Below, one piece after another: positions 61,048 through 64,000 of a DNA stretch of 64,000 bases. This stretch comes from Candidatus Binatia bacterium. Its GTDB lineage: Bacteria > Desulfobacterota > Binatia > HRBIN30. A program made the translations under genes and the position numbers. The stretch's first letter is position 1. The number at the start of each line of letters is the position of its first letter. The stretch is taken from contig JBEKBJ010000003.1 in the NCBI GenBank assembly GCA_050015455.1, positions 36,202 to 100,201 of the forward strand, read 5' to 3'. The notes beneath the pieces were generated by a model that saw nothing but the letters and a program-made list of their open reading frames with translations, did no database searches and was not told the origin of the DNA.

Positions 61048-61986
61048 TCACAACAGGAAACGTGTCCCCACACTATTCTGAATGAAGGCATCGGGGAACT
61101 CTCGCGCGATGCGGTGAGTCGCCTTCCAGCCGGTGCAGTGAGCTGGGACAATCAAACCAGGATCGATTTGTTTGAGCGCAGCAACGGTGGGCTCGATGGC
61201 CTGCTCAAAAAACAAGCCGGACAGATGAAATCCGCCCATCACGGCGGCGGTTTTCTCGATTCCGGTGAGTTGCCGCGCGTGCTGGACGGTATTGATGACA
61301 CCGGCGTGCCCGCACCCGGTGAGCACCACCAAACCCTTGTCTCTGACGTGCACGACAATCGCTTGATCATCATAGAGGTACGGGTCCGGCCGGTAGCTGC
61401 CGTCGATGAAAGCATGGTGGAGCGGAAGGCCGACTTCAAACGAGGTCGCCCGGGACACCTGTCCAGTGACTAGCACAAGATCGTCCAGCAGAAGCGAGGG
61501 ACCGCGCTCTTCGGCGAATTCGACGCCGTTTTGCGACAAGCTCTGGCGATCCGGGGGCGGCAGGTTCACCTCGAGACCGTCCGGGAGAACGAGTTTGCGT
61601 TGCAGGAAGGCGTCGGGGTGCAGCACCAGCGGCATCCTACGCTTGCCGAGGCGATCGACGAGTCTTGGTAGCCCTTGCGTGTGATCGGCGTGGCCGTGAC
61701 TGAGGACGATCGCTTGCAGATCGCCTGCCTTCAGCCCGAGCACGTCCATGTTGTGTACCAGACCGGTCTTGCTCAGGCCGGTGTCGAAGAGCAGGGAGGC
61801 GGAAGTGTTACCCTTATGCACGGTGACCAGCGCCGCGAAGCCGTGCTCCGCTATGGGATTCTCCCGCGTCAGCACGTCGGGCGAGAACGGCAGGCGCTGG
61901 ACGTTCTGGGCGCCGGGAAGCAGCAGATCGATGCTGTTATCGAGGATCGTGAGGATCTCGACCCGATCGACCTCTTTCAGCGGCAT
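61048..61986 (-). CDS. MBL-fold metallo-hydrolase
   Basis: HxHxDH motif (LSHGHADHTQG) plus downstream His/Asp ligands. Confidence 0.8.
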   Translation of the reverse strand: MPLKEVDRVEILTILDNSIDLLLPGAQNVQRLPFSPDVLTRENPIAEHGFAALVTVHKGNTSASLLFDTGLSKTGLVHNMDVLGLKAGDLQAIVLSHGHADHTQGLPRLVDRLGKRRMPLVLHPDAFLQRKLVLPDGLEVNLPPPDRQSLSQNGVEFAEERGPSLLLDDLVLVTGQVSRATSFEVGLPLHHAFIDGSYRPDPYLYDDQAIVVHVRDKGLVVLTGCGHAGVINTVQHARQLTGIEKTAAVMGGFHLSGLFFEQAIEPTVAALKQIDPGLIVPAHCTGWKATHRIAREFPDAFIQNSVGTRFLL

Positions 61987-61991
61987 CGCGG

Positions 61992-62132
61992 TCAGTTCAC
62001 GCCTCCATTAGGGCGGCAGTATCTACACTGGTCGCACGCCTGGATCAAGCCGTAAGCGTCTCCGTAAGCGTCTCCACATTTGTGGCAGGGACGGCTAGGG
62101 CTTCTACCCGATGGGATCCGGCCCCATGACAA
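61992..62132 (-). CDS. Possible 46-aa zinc-ribbon mini-protein (TTG start), 5 nt upstream of the MBL gene
   Basis: MSWGRIPSGRSPSRPCHKCGDAYGDAYGLIQACDQCRYCRPNGGVN has a CxxC...CxxCxxC pattern. The ORF is shorter than the ORF-track cutoff and its TTG start is unverified. Confidence 0.25.
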   Translation of the reverse strand: MSWGRIPSGRSPSRPCHKCGDAYGDAYGLIQACDQCRYCRPNGGVN

Positions 62133-62198
62133 CCACTACTCACTCTGGCCGCGACCTGTCATTGCATGGTAGTGAACATCTGAAGGACGGATGCAAGG

Positions 62199-62450
62199 AT
62201 GGCCGAAGGTAATCCGATGAGAATCGAAGAGGCGGTGCTTACAAGGCTGCGGACACTTGGGGACAGCGAGCGCGAACGCCTGCTCCGGCAGATAGACGAA
62301 TGGATTGCCCAAAACGCTGCCGCGCAGTCTGCCGACGTGAACGGGGCGATGGCGGCGGTAAGGACGACGTGGGCGAGCGTAGCGCTGGACCGAGCGACGC
62401 TCCGCTGGATCGCTGAGGACACAGAGCTGGAGTATGAACACGGTGGCTGA
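62199..62450 (+). CDS. Putative antitoxin (DUF2281-like small protein) paired with the PIN toxin
   Basis: An 83-aa ORF overlapping the downstream PIN gene by 17 nt. The helical MRIEEAVLTRLRTLGDSERERLLRQIDEW N-terminus resembles PIN-associated antitoxins. Confidence 0.5.
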   Translation: MAEGNPMRIEEAVLTRLRTLGDSERERLLRQIDEWIAQNAAAQSADVNGAMAAVRTTWASVALDRATLRWIAEDTELEYEHGG

Positions 62451-62934
62451 TGTGCAGAGTGGCAGCAGCGTGTTCATCGATGCCAATATTTTCATCTACC
62501 ACTTCGGCGGAGAGTCCACTGATTGCAGGATCTTGCTGGAACGGTGCGCGCGCCGTGAGTTGCAGGGCTACAGCTCGACCTCTGTCCTTGCAGAGGTGCT
62601 GCATCGTCTGATGGTGGCCGAGGCCATCCAAAAGGAGCTGGTCACCGCAAAAACCGCTGTCAGGCGGCTGAAATCCAAGCCGGAGGTCGTCAGACAGCTT
62701 ACGAAGTACAACGAAGATGTGGGCAAGATCCGACAGATGAATCTCACCATTCTGCCGCTCACTCTCGATGTCCTTACCAAGAGCGAAGCGGTCAGGAGGG
62801 AAGAGGGATTGCTGACCAACGACTCTCTTGTGGTTGCCTTCATGCGGGACAGTGGGCTCTCGAAGCTGGCGACCACGGATGGCGACTTCGGAGGAATTGA
62901 CGGCCTCGATGTGTACCGGCCGGCCGACGTTTGA
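62434..62934 (+). CDS. vapC: PIN-domain ribonuclease (VapC-like toxin)
   Basis: Acidic PIN residues in VFIDANIFIY, LTNDSLVVA and TTDGDF. Confidence 0.75.
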   Translation: MNTVADVQSGSSVFIDANIFIYHFGGESTDCRILLERCARRELQGYSSTSVLAEVLHRLMVAEAIQKELVTAKTAVRRLKSKPEVVRQLTKYNEDVGKIRQMNLTILPLTLDVLTKSEAVRREEGLLTNDSLVVAFMRDSGLSKLATTDGDFGGIDGLDVYRPADV

Positions 62935-63155
62935 GGGGACGAACGTCGGGTCTCCACCTCTGAGGTCTGCGCCAGTGTCGAGCTTGCCCCGCAGGACGTC
63001 GCTTCTCGTGCCACCCAAAGGATGCACAACGATCACATCCGCAACAGGTGCAGGCGGAGTGAAGGTCCGATCGTAGACGGGCACGAGTTAGCCCTGATGT
63101 GACAATAGATGAGTCTGTTTCCGTGCTGCGGCAGGCGAACCTGTCATTCCCGCGC

Positions 63156-63175
63156 ACGCGGGAATCCAGGCGGGG
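63156..63175. repeat. Perfect inverted repeat ATTCCC-N8-GGGAAT (attcccgcgcacgcgggaat)
   Basis: The palindrome is seen directly. It sits at the transition from the vapBC pair to a lower-GC region of fragmentary ORFs. Confidence 0.5.
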
Positions 63176-64000
63176 AGAGGCGGACGGGTGCACAGCCATG
63201 GATGCCCGCTTTCGAGTCGCTTTCCAAAGGGTGACGAGCCAGTGGTGCTCGCCTTCGTTGTCTTCTCGTGAGGAGCAGAAACTGTATGCGAAACACTCAT
63301 AGATCGCGGCGGCCGCTGGCCGCGGAATCGGTTGCCCGCATGGCGGACAAGGGCGAGGATGTATCGCGCTTCTTCACCAACGAGGGAAGGATGGTGCGCC
63401 CTGCGCAAGGTAGTCGTCGTACGTCGACTTGAAGTGGTAGTCGATAAGCTCCCAAGTCGCACGCGGAAATGACCCCACAAGGTCGAAGAGCGACGCGTTC
63501 GGCTTTCCGAGATCATCTGTCGCCATATTGCTCACCCGGTGATCACGCACCTCACCTATCAGATTAGCCGCACCGCCCCAGGCAAATGGGGAGGCGAACG
63601 GTCAAGCCGATTCAGGAACTCGGCATAGGCTTTGGGACTTAGCCATAGCGTACTGAAGCCAACAACGGGTTCCGCAGCGACGCCGTTGAACTCATAGGTC
63701 AACCTCGCAGCTGCCATATCTCTTTTGCCCTTGGCAACGCAATGGTCACCGCGCAAGTGCTACGCTTCGATCCAAAACTGCCACATGGCTGAAGTGTCAA
63801 GGCGTCAGCGATGCTGTTGCGGCCTGTCATCAGCATCGGGGGCGTATGAAAGTTCCTAGCAAGGGAAAAGTGAGCGAAAGATCCGAGCCAACCATCATGG
63901 CTTACCCAGCGAAAGCTGAAAGGCGAAAGTGAAAAGCTTTGCCTGTCCCCTCTTGCCGGTGAACGAGCACGCGGCCTACTCACCGCGCCGCGTTGCGTGT

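Noticed and set aside
63156-63175. Neisseria-type dRS3 repeat (ATTCCC-N8-GGGAAT)
   Set aside because: The match is exact in form, but the genome's composition and gene content are not neisserial. A GC-rich 20-bp palindrome can arise independently, so it is treated as a local inverted repeat only.

Overview
This is a visibly GC-rich bacterial window (roughly two-thirds G+C by eye) with dense coding on both strands. Its gene content (type IV pilus pilMNOPQ with an AMIN-domain secretin, tungsten-type aldehyde:ferredoxin oxidoreductase, NfnAB, AcnB) fits a Gram-negative anaerobe or facultative anaerobe; the taxonomic placement is inference.

Housekeeping blocks:
- mutS2
- hisS-aspS
- ddl
- aroQ
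- pilMNOPQ-aroB
- a long co-directional biosynthetic operon: argH, a small lipoprotein, lysA, dapF, dapA, dapB, rlmE
- ilvD, acnB, an inositol monophosphatase and two acyl-CoA dehydrogenases

Accessory or unusual content:
1. Two convergent multi-domain secreted proteins with dockerin-like Ca-binding repeats and long Thr/Pro-rich linkers (6.9-12.5 kb). Their linker-coding regions contain perfect DNA tandem repeats.
2. A 2225-aa lipoprotein built of repeated Ig-like modules, immediately downstream of pilMNOPQ-aroB and a Cys-rich lipoprotein.
3. A decayed ispG pseudogene.
4. A hicBA toxin-antitoxin cassette flanked by fragments of dockerin-domain genes, next to a small nucleotidyltransferase gene pair and a YgbA-like gene.
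5. A five-gene soluble flavin/Fe-S oxidoreductase cluster behind a sigma54-like promoter: a NuoE-like gene, a NuoF-GltD fusion, a NuoG-like gene, and NfnA/NfnB.
6. A vapBC-like pair followed by a lower-GC stretch of fragmentary ORFs at the window end.

I found no rRNA, tRNA or CRISPR. All product calls come from motif and architecture recognition by eye, not from database searches.
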